31,436 nucleotides of DNA from a virus (lineage: Duplodnaviria; Caudoviricetes), in IMG/VR virus record IMGVR_UViG_3300049563_000036, positions 1 to 31,436 of that record; one strand, given 5' to 3'. Shown piece by piece: positions 1 through 7,704 of the stretch. Positions within the stretch are counted from its first letter, which is position 1. Each line of letters begins with the position of its first letter. The notes beneath the pieces are model-generated. The model was not told the DNA's origin. It did no database searches and saw only the letters and a list, made by a program, of their open reading frames with translations. The translations under genes were made by a program, and so were the position numbers.

Positions 1-127
1 GTGGCCGCACAGGTGACAGACGCGCGGACGTCGGTCCTGTCTCATCGCCGGCGCCGCCAGTCCTTCGCGTCCGGGCACGTCTCGAAGTGCGTGGGGCTCG
101 TCGCGGTGTCGAGCAGATCGAGTGCGC
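1..127 (+). repeat. Terminal direct repeat, left copy (circular assembly overlap)
   Basis: Identical to 31310-31436; 127 nt is a common assembler k-mer length. Confidence 0.95.
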
Positions 128-287
128 GGGCGTCGTGCAACAACGTGGGTTGCGTGCGCATCGGCACGATCCGGTCGAACGGCATCCGCTTGCCGCTCGT
201 CGTGAGTTCGGCCCACTCGATGTCGGCCCCGCACGAGCGGCAGCGACCAGGCGCGCGCGTGTCGCGATAAATCGTCAGGACGGCCAT
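42..287 (-). CDS. Small Zn-binding phage protein
   Basis: CRSC...THFETC motif; stop overlaps (ATGA) the next Zn-finger gene across the circular join; ATG at 287 (GTG at 293 is an alternative). Confidence 0.75.
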   Translation of the reverse strand: MAVLTIYRDTRAPGRCRSCGADIEWAELTTSGKRMPFDRIVPMRTQPTLLHDARALDLLDTATSPTHFETCPDAKDWRRRR

Positions 288-296
288 TCGCACCCC

Positions 297-434
297 TCAT
301 CGCAGCGGGAGACTCTGCAACAGCAACACGACGACGACGAGGATCATCGCGACCCACAACGGCGCCTTGTTCAGCGCCGACAGCAACGTGACGACGAACG
401 CCGACAGCAACAACAGGAGCGCAATCGTCAGCAT
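297..434 (-). CDS. 45-aa two-TM membrane protein (holin candidate); not in the ORF track
   Basis: Translated by hand: MLTIALLLLLSAFVVTLLSALNKAPLWVAMILVVVVLLLQSLPLR; starts 2 nt after the upstream stop. Confidence 0.7.
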   Translation of the reverse strand: MLTIALLLLLSAFVVTLLSALNKAPLWVAMILVVVVLLLQSLPLR

Positions 435-436
435 GA

Positions 437-673
437 TCAGCCTTTCGGTTCGGGTTCACGGTCGGCGATCCGCACGGCGAGGAAGGTTTGCAGCACGTCC
501 CGTAACCGCGCGGCATAGACCAGATCGACGTCCTGTTTCTGCGCGAGGCGCGCGGCCGCGAGTGCCAGGCGGTGCACGCGCCGCTCGAGACGGGCGGCGC
601 CCGTCGGCCCGGGGCCGCGCTTGTACTGCTTGCGTCCGCCTTTCAAGCGAATCTTGTCGAGGCTGTCAGTCAT
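437..673 (-). CDS. Basic hypothetical protein
   Basis: MTDSLDKIRLKGGRKQYK...; start overlaps the end of the upstream gene. Confidence 0.6.
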   Translation of the reverse strand: MTDSLDKIRLKGGRKQYKRGPGPTGAARLERRVHRLALAAARLAQKQDVDLVYAARLRDVLQTFLAVRIADREPEPKG

Positions 674-893
674 TCCACGGAACCTCATACTCGTCGACCG
701 GGCCGTAGGCGTCAGGGAAGATCGCGATCTCAGGGAGTCCCGCCTCGATCCGCTTCCGGTTCAACCGATCCATACACGCAAGACACACCGGCTGACGGGA
801 TCCGTTGACGCGCACGCTCGGCACGCGAACGGGGTTGTACGAGAACACCGTGTGGCAGTTGGCGCACGGACTCGTGACAAACACATAGCCCAT
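666..893 (-). CDS. Zn-finger protein
   Basis: CANC...CLAC pairs, acidic C-terminus, tightly packed with neighbours. Confidence 0.75.
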   Translation of the reverse strand: MGYVFVTSPCANCHTVFSYNPVRVPSVRVNGSRQPVCLACMDRLNRKRIEAGLPEIAIFPDAYGPVDEYEVPWND

Positions 894-896
894 CGA

Positions 897-1511
897 TCAG
901 CCCTCCTCGCCAGGTTCACGGGCCACGAGCACGAGCAGCGCGCGCGCGATCGGCGTATGCCGCGGCACGCTGGCGAAGAACGCGTCACGCGCGGCATACC
1001 ACCGCGCGAGCTCCTCGCCGTGCGCCCAATGGCCGGTGACCACGATCCGGTTGCGCACGGTGTCGATCGCGCGATCGAGCACGCCGTTGACGTCGTCGGG
1101 CACGAACCGCAGCGGCCGGTCCGTCACGTCCGCGCGGAAACACGCGCCACAGCCGCACGGAATATCCGCGTACCGTAACGCTTCGGCCCGCGCATAGGCC
1201 GCGCGTTCGTCGGTCGACATCACGCGCAGGTCAGCACTGACCGCGATCACGGGCGGCACCGGCAGCGCCGCGACCCACTCCGCGACGGTCGGGAACCGCC
1301 GGCACGTCGCCAGGCACGCCTTGCCCGCCGTGAGCACGTCCTCGAGCGGCGCGGCGTCGAGCACTTTGAAATACGTCCGGCTCAACGACTCGACCTCCGG
1401 CTCCTTCACCTTGAGCCGAAAGGCGCCGCAGACGCGCCGGAAGGCGCGGTCGAAGGTGCCGAAGTCGGGCTCAATCATCGAGATCTCCAGATCACGATCG
1501 GTGGTACTCAT
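897..1511 (-). CDS. Putative replication accessory protein (helicase loader/inhibitor-like N-terminus)
   Basis: Helical N-terminus ending RRFPTVAEW resembles the 'FP..A' motif of phage G39P-like/replication proteins; CGCGAC; lies directly after the initiator and origin. An alternative start at ATG 1718 is possible. Confidence 0.55.
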   Translation of the reverse strand: MSTTDRDLEISMIEPDFGTFDRAFRRVCGAFRLKVKEPEVESLSRTYFKVLDAAPLEDVLTAGKACLATCRRFPTVAEWVAALPVPPVIAVSADLRVMSTDERAAYARAEALRYADIPCGCGACFRADVTDRPLRFVPDDVNGVLDRAIDTVRNRIVVTGHWAHGEELARWYAARDAFFASVPRHTPIARALLVLVAREPGEEG

Positions 1512-1621
1512 CACGGGCGCCGTCCGGCGAGCGCGCCCCAGGCGCCTCGCCTCCGGCTTAGTTCTTTCTTCGTACGTACGGACGGGATGGGATCGCGGGC
1601 GCGCGCGCGCGCGTGACTCGC

Positions 1622-1685
1622 GGAATCCGCGCGGAATCCGTTCGGAATCCCAGTGGAATCCGCGTGGATTCCGCGCGGAATTTCC
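1622..1685. repeat. Iteron array, putative replication origin
   Basis: GGAATCC at 1622, 1633, 1644, 1655, GGATTCC at 1666 and GGAATTT at 1677: exact 11-bp spacing, just downstream of the initiator gene. Confidence 0.75.
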
Positions 1686-1710
1686 GGCGCCAAGCAACGC
1701 GCGTGCCGCG

Positions 1711-2061
1711 TCAGGCATGGTGCTGTAATTTCCGCACGCGGTCCTCGCGCCGCTTTTTTTTGACGGCCGCCGCCGACGGATTGAAATGGTCGAAGTCGTG
1801 GATTTGGAAGCCACTTCCGCCGTTCTTGTCCCACAAGCCCGCCCGCACAAGCGCGTCAGCGATGGCGGCCGGATTGGCGACATGTCGGAAGCTCTTCACC
1901 ACGGTCATCGGCAGAAACCCGTCCGTCAAATGTTTGTTCGCCCACATCAACCCGACCGCGTAAAATCCGAGCGCGATCGCGGGCCCGTTCTTCCCGATCA
2001 CGGCGCCCGCCGCGAAGATTTTCGCGTGGTCAATCAGTTCGTCATCGAGCCGGGACCACAT
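1711..2061 (-). CDS. Phage replication initiator, N-terminal wHTH-type domain (short or frameshift-extended)
   Basis: W.RLDD...H.K...LTDGF.P...LV.AGLW...IHDF..FNP followed by KKKRREDRVRK, a pattern typical of phage replisome organisers. Confidence 0.7.
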   Translation of the reverse strand: MWSRLDDELIDHAKIFAAGAVIGKNGPAIALGFYAVGLMWANKHLTDGFLPMTVVKSFRHVANPAAIADALVRAGLWDKNGGSGFQIHDFDHFNPSAAAVKKKRREDRVRKLQHHA

Positions 2062-2069
2062 CCGGCCCC

Positions 2070-2225
2070 CTACTTCGCCACCGTCTTGAGTTGGGGGGGA
2101 CGCGCCGCCGCCAGGTCGGCCTTGTCGCGCTGTTTCAGGAGCGCCTCCCGCGCGTGCGCGAGCACGGTGATCTGGTCGTCGAGGTCCTTGATCGCTTTCT
2201 CGAGTTGCGTCGGCCGTTTACTCAT
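2070..2225 (-). CDS. 51-aa coiled-coil protein; not in the ORF track
   Basis: MSKRPTQLEKAIKDLDDQITVLAHAREALLKQRDKADLAAARPPQLKTVAK; GGAGG RBS upstream. Confidence 0.65.
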   Translation of the reverse strand: MSKRPTQLEKAIKDLDDQITVLAHAREALLKQRDKADLAAARPPQLKTVAK

Positions 2226-2490
2226 GAATACCTCCCGGGTGCAGGTCGGTCACATGCTCGTGCAGGAGCAGGCGCAGGAACTCCGCGATCTCCGCGTCGT
2301 CGTCGCCGGTCATGATCACCATCCAGTCGCAGTGGCCGCACCGGGCAATCGCGCGCCGCACGGGGATCAACCCGTCGCCGGTGTCCAGGATCCACTCGCG
2401 CCAGTTCATCGCGTCGGCCTCCAGACGAACCCACAGTGCACGCACTTCATCAGCCGCGGCGTCGCCCAGTACCACCGGTGATGCCGACAC
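2218..2490 (-). CDS. Small hypothetical protein with CxxC...H..H..H (possible Zn site)
   Basis: CGHC...LHEHVTDLH; abuts the annealase stop codon. Confidence 0.6.
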   Translation of the reverse strand: MSASPVVLGDAAADEVRALWVRLEADAMNWREWILDTGDGLIPVRRAIARCGHCDWMVIMTGDDDAEIAEFLRLLLHEHVTDLHPGGIHE

Positions 2491-2491
2491 G

Positions 2492-3499
2492 CTAAAAAGG
2501 GACGTCTGGGTCGCCCCGATCCGGCAGCGCGTCGGGCGGCGAGAGCGGCGCCGGCCGTTCGTGCGCGTCCTCGATCGTCGCGAGCTCGTGCCCGAACTTC
2601 CCTTTCGTCGTCGTGATCGCGACGGCCTGCTCCGCGTGCCAGGCGGCCTCGGCGCGGGCCGCGAGTTTTTCGTTGATCGTCGTCAACCGCGTTCTTTCCG
2701 CCGGCCAGGTCGGGCCGCCGGCGACGGTGATCGTCGTGCGGATCACGTTCGGGTTTCGCGTCGGCACGGCGTCCAGGTGCGTGATCAGCACCACGCCCTG
2801 GGCGAGCTGCGCCAGGCGTTCACTCGGGAAGTGGTGCACCTCGACCTGGTCGCGCGCGTCGTTGTCGTCGGCGAGGGCGGGCGCCGTCTCACGCATCTCC
2901 GTCGGCTGAGGGCGTGAGACGGGCGCCGGCGCGTACTGGTCCGCGATCGCGGTCGCCTCGGTCACGAAGTCCGGGCGCGCCTGCTCGAGTTCCTCCTTGA
3001 CATAGAGGCCGCCGAGCTGCTGCGGAAACGCTTTGCGGAGCGCGAGCGCCTCCGCACATTTGCCGAGCATGACGTGCGGCATCCGCTTCCACATGACATC
3101 GCCGCGGCCGTTCGGGCCCGGGTCCGGCACGTACTCGCCGTAGCGCGCGGTGGCGCTGTAGGCGTACCGCGTGCCGCGCGTCAACCGATAGACCGTGACC
3201 GTCGCCGTGCGCGCGTCCTTGTCGAACACGACGTCGTCGCTGCCGGCCATCTCGCCGGTGTCGTGCGCGCGGCCGCGCAGGAAATCGATCGACGTGATCG
3301 GGGTGTACCGGCCGCTGCGTTTCGTGAAATGAATCAGGCGGTCGAGCGGGTGCACGCCGCGGCGTTGGCAGTCGAACAGGAACAGCTCGAGCTCGGCGTC
3401 GGTGGCACCGACGGCGACCGTGCGTTTGATCAAGTCGAGTTGATCGCGCGTGACGATGGGCGCGGCAGGAGCGGGCGCGAGGGCGAGAGCGTCAGTCAT
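2492..3499 (-). CDS. bet: Redbeta/RecT-family single-strand annealing protein
   Basis: LIKRTVAVGATDAELELFL..C.R.G.HPL, SIDFLR.RA..TG, W..MP..ML.KCAEA.ALRKAFP are characteristic of Bet. Confidence 0.9.
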   Translation of the reverse strand: MTDALALAPAPAAPIVTRDQLDLIKRTVAVGATDAELELFLFDCQRRGVHPLDRLIHFTKRSGRYTPITSIDFLRGRAHDTGEMAGSDDVVFDKDARTATVTVYRLTRGTRYAYSATARYGEYVPDPGPNGRGDVMWKRMPHVMLGKCAEALALRKAFPQQLGGLYVKEELEQARPDFVTEATAIADQYAPAPVSRPQPTEMRETAPALADDNDARDQVEVHHFPSERLAQLAQGVVLITHLDAVPTRNPNVIRTTITVAGGPTWPAERTRLTTINEKLAARAEAAWHAEQAVAITTTKGKFGHELATIEDAHERPAPLSPPDALPDRGDPDVPF

Positions 3500-3812
3500 G
3501 GGTGAACTCCGCGAGTTGATGGTGTTCTAGTGTGAGCACGAGTCGGTATTCCCACAGGCCAATCGCGCGGTCACCTCGCGCGCGTTTGTCCACGATGAAC
3601 GATCCGAACTTGCGTTTCCGCAGGTGTCGCAACTGCGCCGAAATACTCGCCGGCGGATCACCGGTGATGGTTTCGATCTCGGCGAGCGTGCGCCAGCGCG
3701 CGTCGGCCATCGCCTCGAACACGCGCAGGAGTTGGCCGGTCAGTCGCGCGTGATCGTGCGCGGGCTCGTAGACCGGTCCATCGAAGAGTGATCCGGTGAA
3801 GTCGTCACGCAT
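3492..3812 (-). CDS. Winged-helix DNA-binding protein
   Basis: W.TLAEI...TG.P.ASISAQLR.LRK..FG followed by a beta-wing ending WEYRL. Confidence 0.75.
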   Translation of the reverse strand: MRDDFTGSLFDGPVYEPAHDHARLTGQLLRVFEAMADARWRTLAEIETITGDPPASISAQLRHLRKRKFGSFIVDKRARGDRAIGLWEYRLVLTLEHHQLAEFTHD

Positions 3813-3963
3813 CGTCCCGCCGATCCCGAATATGGCTACTGATCCAGCGGCCCGACACGCGGTCATCGGGGGGCTCCGCGCCGCGCACCAACAGAAATCC
3901 GACGAGGCCCACCAAGCCGACGGCGACCCCCATCGCGGCGACCATGAGCAGGACGCCGCTCAT
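3805..3963 (-). CDS. 52-aa single-TM membrane protein; not in the ORF track
   Basis: MSGVLLMVAAMGVAVGLVGLVGFLLVRGAEPPDDRVSGRWISSHIRDRRDDA; TAATG overlap with the upstream gene. Confidence 0.6.
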   Translation of the reverse strand: MSGVLLMVAAMGVAVGLVGLVGFLLVRGAEPPDDRVSGRWISSHIRDRRDDA

Positions 3964-4241
3964 TACCGCGCCCCTCGCTTCCGGCCGAAGGTGCTGGGCG
4001 CCTCGAGCACCTCGCCGGTCACGTGGCGATAGACGAGGACGCCCGCGTACGCGACGCGGCCGCCAATCGGTCGATGGACGAGGAACCGATCGAAGTCGCC
4101 GCGCGCCTTCAGTTCATAGAACCGCGACGGCTTAAGATGAAAGATCGCCATCAGATCGTGCGGCCCGAGCAGCTCGCCCGCCTGGGCGCGCGCGAGCGCC
4201 GCGGCACAGGCACTCTCGACGATCGTCTCGAGGGGCGTCAT
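3963..4241 (-). CDS. AlpA/excisionase-like HTH protein
   Basis: LLGPHDLMAIFHLKPSRFYELKARGDF resembles the AlpA/Xis pattern; ATGA-coupled to the Cro-like gene. Confidence 0.6.
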   Translation of the reverse strand: MTPLETIVESACAAALARAQAGELLGPHDLMAIFHLKPSRFYELKARGDFDRFLVHRPIGGRVAYAGVLVYRHVTGEVLEAPSTFGRKRGAR

Positions 4242-4537
4242 ACGTCCGCCTGGTGGGCCGCAGCGGCGGCCAGCGCGCGGGCGCGCCGGCGTTGCCGAGC
4301 CGCGCGTTCCAGTTGCAGCGCGGTCGGGGTCATCGCCGGCCACGCAATGGCGGACGGCTTGACTTCGAGGGCGCGGGCGATCGCCTCGCGCTCGTGGGCG
4401 CGCAGCGGCGCGCCGCTGCCGTGTTCAATCTGCCAGAACCGGGTCTGGGTCAGGCCGGCCTGTTCGGCCAGGCCGTGTTGGGTCAGGTCGCGAAGGGCGC
4501 GGAGCACGCGCAAGGTCTGCGAAGTCCGGCTGCTCAT
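4238..4537 (-). CDS. Cro-like XRE HTH regulator
   Basis: LRVLRALRDLTQHGLAEQAGLTQTRFWQIEHG...IARALEV; first gene of the lytic arm, divergent from the repressor. Confidence 0.85.
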   Translation of the reverse strand: MSSRTSQTLRVLRALRDLTQHGLAEQAGLTQTRFWQIEHGSGAPLRAHEREAIARALEVKPSAIAWPAMTPTALQLERAARQRRRARALAAAAAHQADV

Positions 4538-4539
4538 AC

Positions 4540-4634
4540 CGCGGATTATTATTTCCGCGCACTCGGGCCCGTCAATGGAATAAAATATCCAAATAGAGAG
4601 AATGCTTCAACGCGTGCCGCGGCGCCGGTATGAT
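4540..4634. promoter_or_regulatory. Divergent lysis/lysogeny switch region
   Basis: AT-rich intergenic segment. Plus strand: TTCAAC(4606)-17 nt-TATGAT(4629). Minus strand: TTGACG upstream of AATAAT close to the cro ATG. Inverted repeat CGCGGA-N8-TCCGCG at 4540-4559. Confidence 0.65.
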
Positions 4635-4646
4635 CGGAGGTCCCGC

Positions 4647-5021
4647 ATGGCCGCCTCGTCGTCCGCCTCTCATCCCCTCGACACGGAATTACGCGCACGC
4701 CTGCGCGCCATCGACCCGCCGCAGCGCGAGCTGGCCGAGCGCATCGGCCGCAAACCGGCCTGGCTCAACAAGTACATGCACGGCGCCGGACACGCCACCA
4801 TTGACGACGTGATCCGGATCGTCGCCGTGCTCAGCGAGGTCGAGGCGTTGTCGGAGCTGGAACGGCGAGTGGTGCGCGGGTTGCGGCGCCTGAAAGACAG
4901 CGACCGGCAGCACGACGTGCTGTGGTACTTGGAGCGCGTCGTGATGCGGCGTAAAGGATCATCCGCGCCAGGGGGGCAAACACGTCGAGGGGCAACGCGC
5001 AAAGGGCCTGGTAAACCGTGA
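4647..5021 (+). CDS. CI-like XRE HTH repressor (no peptidase domain)
   Basis: PQRELAERIGRKPAWLNKYMHG..HATIDDVIRIVAVL; GGAGG at 4636-4640. Confidence 0.8.
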   Translation: MAASSSASHPLDTELRARLRAIDPPQRELAERIGRKPAWLNKYMHGAGHATIDDVIRIVAVLSEVEALSELERRVVRGLRRLKDSDRQHDVLWYLERVVMRRKGSSAPGGQTRRGATRKGPGKP

Positions 5022-5133
5022 GCCGAGACGGTACGACGCGCATGAGTTCACGCCTTTCGTCAAACCGCAAAAGCGAAGCGTAGACGCAAATGGAAATTGT
5101 ATTCAATCCAGTAAAAATAACAGGTCGAAACAG

Positions 5134-5361
5134 ATGAGTATCGATGACGGGTTTAAGAAAATGTTGGCCGGCGTGAAACAGGCCGACGAGGGCCGCGACG
5201 AAGTCATGCGCGGCCTCGAAGAGGCGTGGGCCGGTCGCACCGACCTCGAGTCCACCATCACCGGTCTGCGCGACAGTGTCGCGAGCCTGCAGGCGCTCAT
5301 CATGGACCAGGGCGAACAGATCCGCGCGCTGCGGGCGCGCCTGAATGGAGACCGCGGTTGA
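5134..5361 (+). CDS. Small coiled-coil protein
   Basis: Heptad-rich C-terminal half (LESTITGLRDSVASLQALIMDQGEQIRALRARL); AT-rich region upstream. Confidence 0.7.
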   Translation: MSIDDGFKKMLAGVKQADEGRDEVMRGLEEAWAGRTDLESTITGLRDSVASLQALIMDQGEQIRALRARLNGDRG

Positions 5362-5498
5362 CTGCGATCGAGACGACGCTCGCGGCGATCGAGACGAAGC
5401 TCGCGACCGTGCTGGCGCTGGTCGGCGTCACCATCGCGCTGACGATCGGCGTCCTCTGGTTGGGGTTCGTGATCCTAAGCCGGCTGCCCCAGCTCTAA
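5358..5498 (+). CDS. 46-aa coiled-coil plus C-terminal TM protein
   Basis: TTG start overlapping the upstream TGA, GGAG RBS; IETTLAAIETKL followed by a hydrophobic helix. Confidence 0.55.
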   Translation: MTAIETTLAAIETKLATVLALVGVTIALTIGVLWLGFVILSRLPQL

Positions 5499-5510
5499 CC
5501 GCTTCCCTGT

Positions 5511-5558
5511 TTGACTCCCTTGACTGGATGGTATACTATACAGAACAGTAAAGAGAGG
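5511..5558 (+). promoter_or_regulatory. Sigma70-type promoter and RBS for the HNH-helicase/integrase operon
   Basis: TTGACT(5511)-17 nt-TACTAT(5534), overlapping extended -10 TGGTATACT(5529); AGAGAGG RBS at ~5552-5558. Confidence 0.75.
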
Positions 5559-5565
5559 TTTGATG

Positions 5566-7704
5566 ATGTTGCCTTTAAGTCGTCCCCCCCGGTGGTTACG
5601 GGAGCGTCTCTTTGCCCGCTCCGGTGGGCACTGTGAACGGACCGAGTGCCGCGCCCCGCTGACGCTGGAGACCCTGCATGTCGCCCATTTGTATGCCCGC
5701 GCGCATGGCGGACCGCTCATTGAAGAAAACGTCGCCGCGTGGTGTGCGCCCTGCAACCTGCGCAATGGACCGCGCGATGTCGCGGACCACCGCGTCCTCG
5801 CCCGCGAATGGCAACTAGAAGCCCTCGATGTGATCATCGACAAACTGCTCAACGGCGCGGCGACCTTATCGGCCGCGCCGGGCGCCGGCAAGACCCTGTT
5901 CGCCGGTCTGGTCTTTGAACGCCTGTATGAATTGGATGCGGTCGACCGGATGGTCGTCCTGGTGCCGCGGCGGACGCTCGTCAAACAATGGGCGGCCAGC
6001 CTCGCGAAGGATCGGTATCTCGAGCTGCGCCCCGATGCCGCGTATGAACGGCCGCATTCGCATCAGATCGGCGTCGTCGCCACCTATCAATCCTTGCTGA
6101 ATCGGGAACAACGACAAAACCATCGCGAGCAGATTGCGCAAACGCGGACGTTGCTGGTTCTGGACGAAGTGCATCACGTCGGCGAACCCGCGGGACCGGG
6201 TCAGCAGATTCCCGCCTGGGCCCAGTACGTCAAGGACCTGGCGGGCACCGTGGAACCGCCCGACCTCCACGTCACGGCGGTCTTGAATCTGTCCGGGACG
6301 CTGTGGCGATCCGCCGAAGGGGAACGCATTTCCACGGTCCGCTATACGAAGGAGCCCGATGGGCGGTTGTTCTCCTGTGTCGATTTCGATGTCCCCGTGG
6401 AGTTGTTGATCGACCGCAAGGAGCTGCGCCCCGTCGATCTCTTCCGACTCGGCGCCCGCGTGGAAATGAATGACTATGCGAATCTCAAAGTGATCGATTC
6501 GCACATCGCCGATCTAGATGCCAAACCGGCCCGAGCGGCGATCGCGCATTTAGGCAACGATCCCGCCTGGCGTGAAGCCTTTGTCGGGGCCGTCCTCGAT
6601 CGGCTCAAGGCGGCGCATCAATCCTTGAACGGCTATCCGGTCAAAGCCCTGATCGTCGCCACGACCCAACAGCAAGCGCGGTGGATGCGTGACACCGCCG
6701 ATGCCTTGATGCTGGCGCGCGGCTTGCGCCCGATGGCGAAACTGGCAATTTCGGACGAAGTCGAAGCGAGTGATGTCCTCGAAGATTTCCGCAAGGCGCG
6801 CACGCCGGGCGTGTTGTGCACCGTCGACATGGCCGGTGAAGGGTACGATTGTCCCGATATCGCGGTCATCGGCTTTGCCTCCAACAAACTGACGCCCCTC
6901 TATATCCGCCAGGTGGTCGCCCGCGCCCAACGAGTGACCGCGCGCGAGCGCGAGCAGCAGCATCCGATCCCGGCGACGGTCGTCATTCCCGATACCGTGG
7001 AATTAGTGGAACTCATGGTGAGCATTCTGCAACCCATGCGGCATGAGCTCGAGGCGCCGCCGGCGGCGCCGGCCCCACCACCGGGTTCCAAACCGCCGGT
7101 CGGGCCGGGCCAGACGGGTCCGCTCCCCTTCCCGGCGTATACGGTGGAAGGGATCGAAGTGGATGCGAACTTCCGCGTCAATGTGACCGGGGTCACGGAT
7201 GGGGAGATTTCGGGGGCCCTTGTCACGGCGATGGAAGAGCAATTAACCGCCGTCCATTTACGGTCGGCGGATGCGCCGCGGTTTATCGTCGCGGTACGAG
7301 AACTCGTCCGCGCGCGTCGACAGGCGCAGCCCTTCGACCCGCTCAGTGATTTTGAAACGGATCTCGAATCCATGGGCGAGGAGAAGGCGCCCTCGGGGGC
7401 CACCCCGATTCGGAATCGCCCGATGACGGAGGAAGTGCAGGCGAAGCAGTTAGGGGCGCAATTGCAGCATGCCGCCGGCTGGTCGACACGCTATATGTCC
7501 ATCCCCGTCGAACAATTTGTGGCCGATGTGAATCGGGCGGGCAAGATTCCGAAGGGCGGGCGGCGGCAGGCGTCCATCGCGCAGCTCGAGGCCGCCTGGC
7601 AGTATGCCGAGCAACGAATTTTTACCTATTGCGATGAGCATCAGTTGGTGCGACCCACGACGGCGCGCTGGCGTTTCGGGAACAAGGAGAAGGTCAAGCG
7701 ATGA
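5566..7704 (+). CDS. HNH nuclease - SF2 (DExH, ResIII-like, Rv2917-like) helicase fusion
   Basis: N-terminal C....C...HVAH...GG...EN...CAPCN; Q-motif LAREWQ, Walker A APGAGKT, DEVHH, LSGT, motif V GEGYDCP, motif VI QVVARAQR. Start may be 5560, 5563 or 5566. Confidence 0.88.
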   Translation: MLPLSRPPRWLRERLFARSGGHCERTECRAPLTLETLHVAHLYARAHGGPLIEENVAAWCAPCNLRNGPRDVADHRVLAREWQLEALDVIIDKLLNGAATLSAAPGAGKTLFAGLVFERLYELDAVDRMVVLVPRRTLVKQWAASLAKDRYLELRPDAAYERPHSHQIGVVATYQSLLNREQRQNHREQIAQTRTLLVLDEVHHVGEPAGPGQQIPAWAQYVKDLAGTVEPPDLHVTAVLNLSGTLWRSAEGERISTVRYTKEPDGRLFSCVDFDVPVELLIDRKELRPVDLFRLGARVEMNDYANLKVIDSHIADLDAKPARAAIAHLGNDPAWREAFVGAVLDRLKAAHQSLNGYPVKALIVATTQQQARWMRDTADALMLARGLRPMAKLAISDEVEASDVLEDFRKARTPGVLCTVDMAGEGYDCPDIAVIGFASNKLTPLYIRQVVARAQRVTAREREQQHPIPATVVIPDTVELVELMVSILQPMRHELEAPPAAPAPPPGSKPPVGPGQTGPLPFPAYTVEGIEVDANFRVNVTGVTDGEISGALVTAMEEQLTAVHLRSADAPRFIVAVRELVRARRQAQPFDPLSDFETDLESMGEEKAPSGATPIRNRPMTEEVQAKQLGAQLQHAAGWSTRYMSIPVEQFVADVNRAGKIPKGGRRQASIAQLEAAWQYAEQRIFTYCDEHQLVRPTTARWRFGNKEKVKR

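Noticed and set aside
1-127. Biological terminal repeat (T7-like DTR)
   Set aside because: Length equals a typical assembly k-mer, it falls inside genes far from the terminase, and HNH plus HK97-type TerL suggests cos ends
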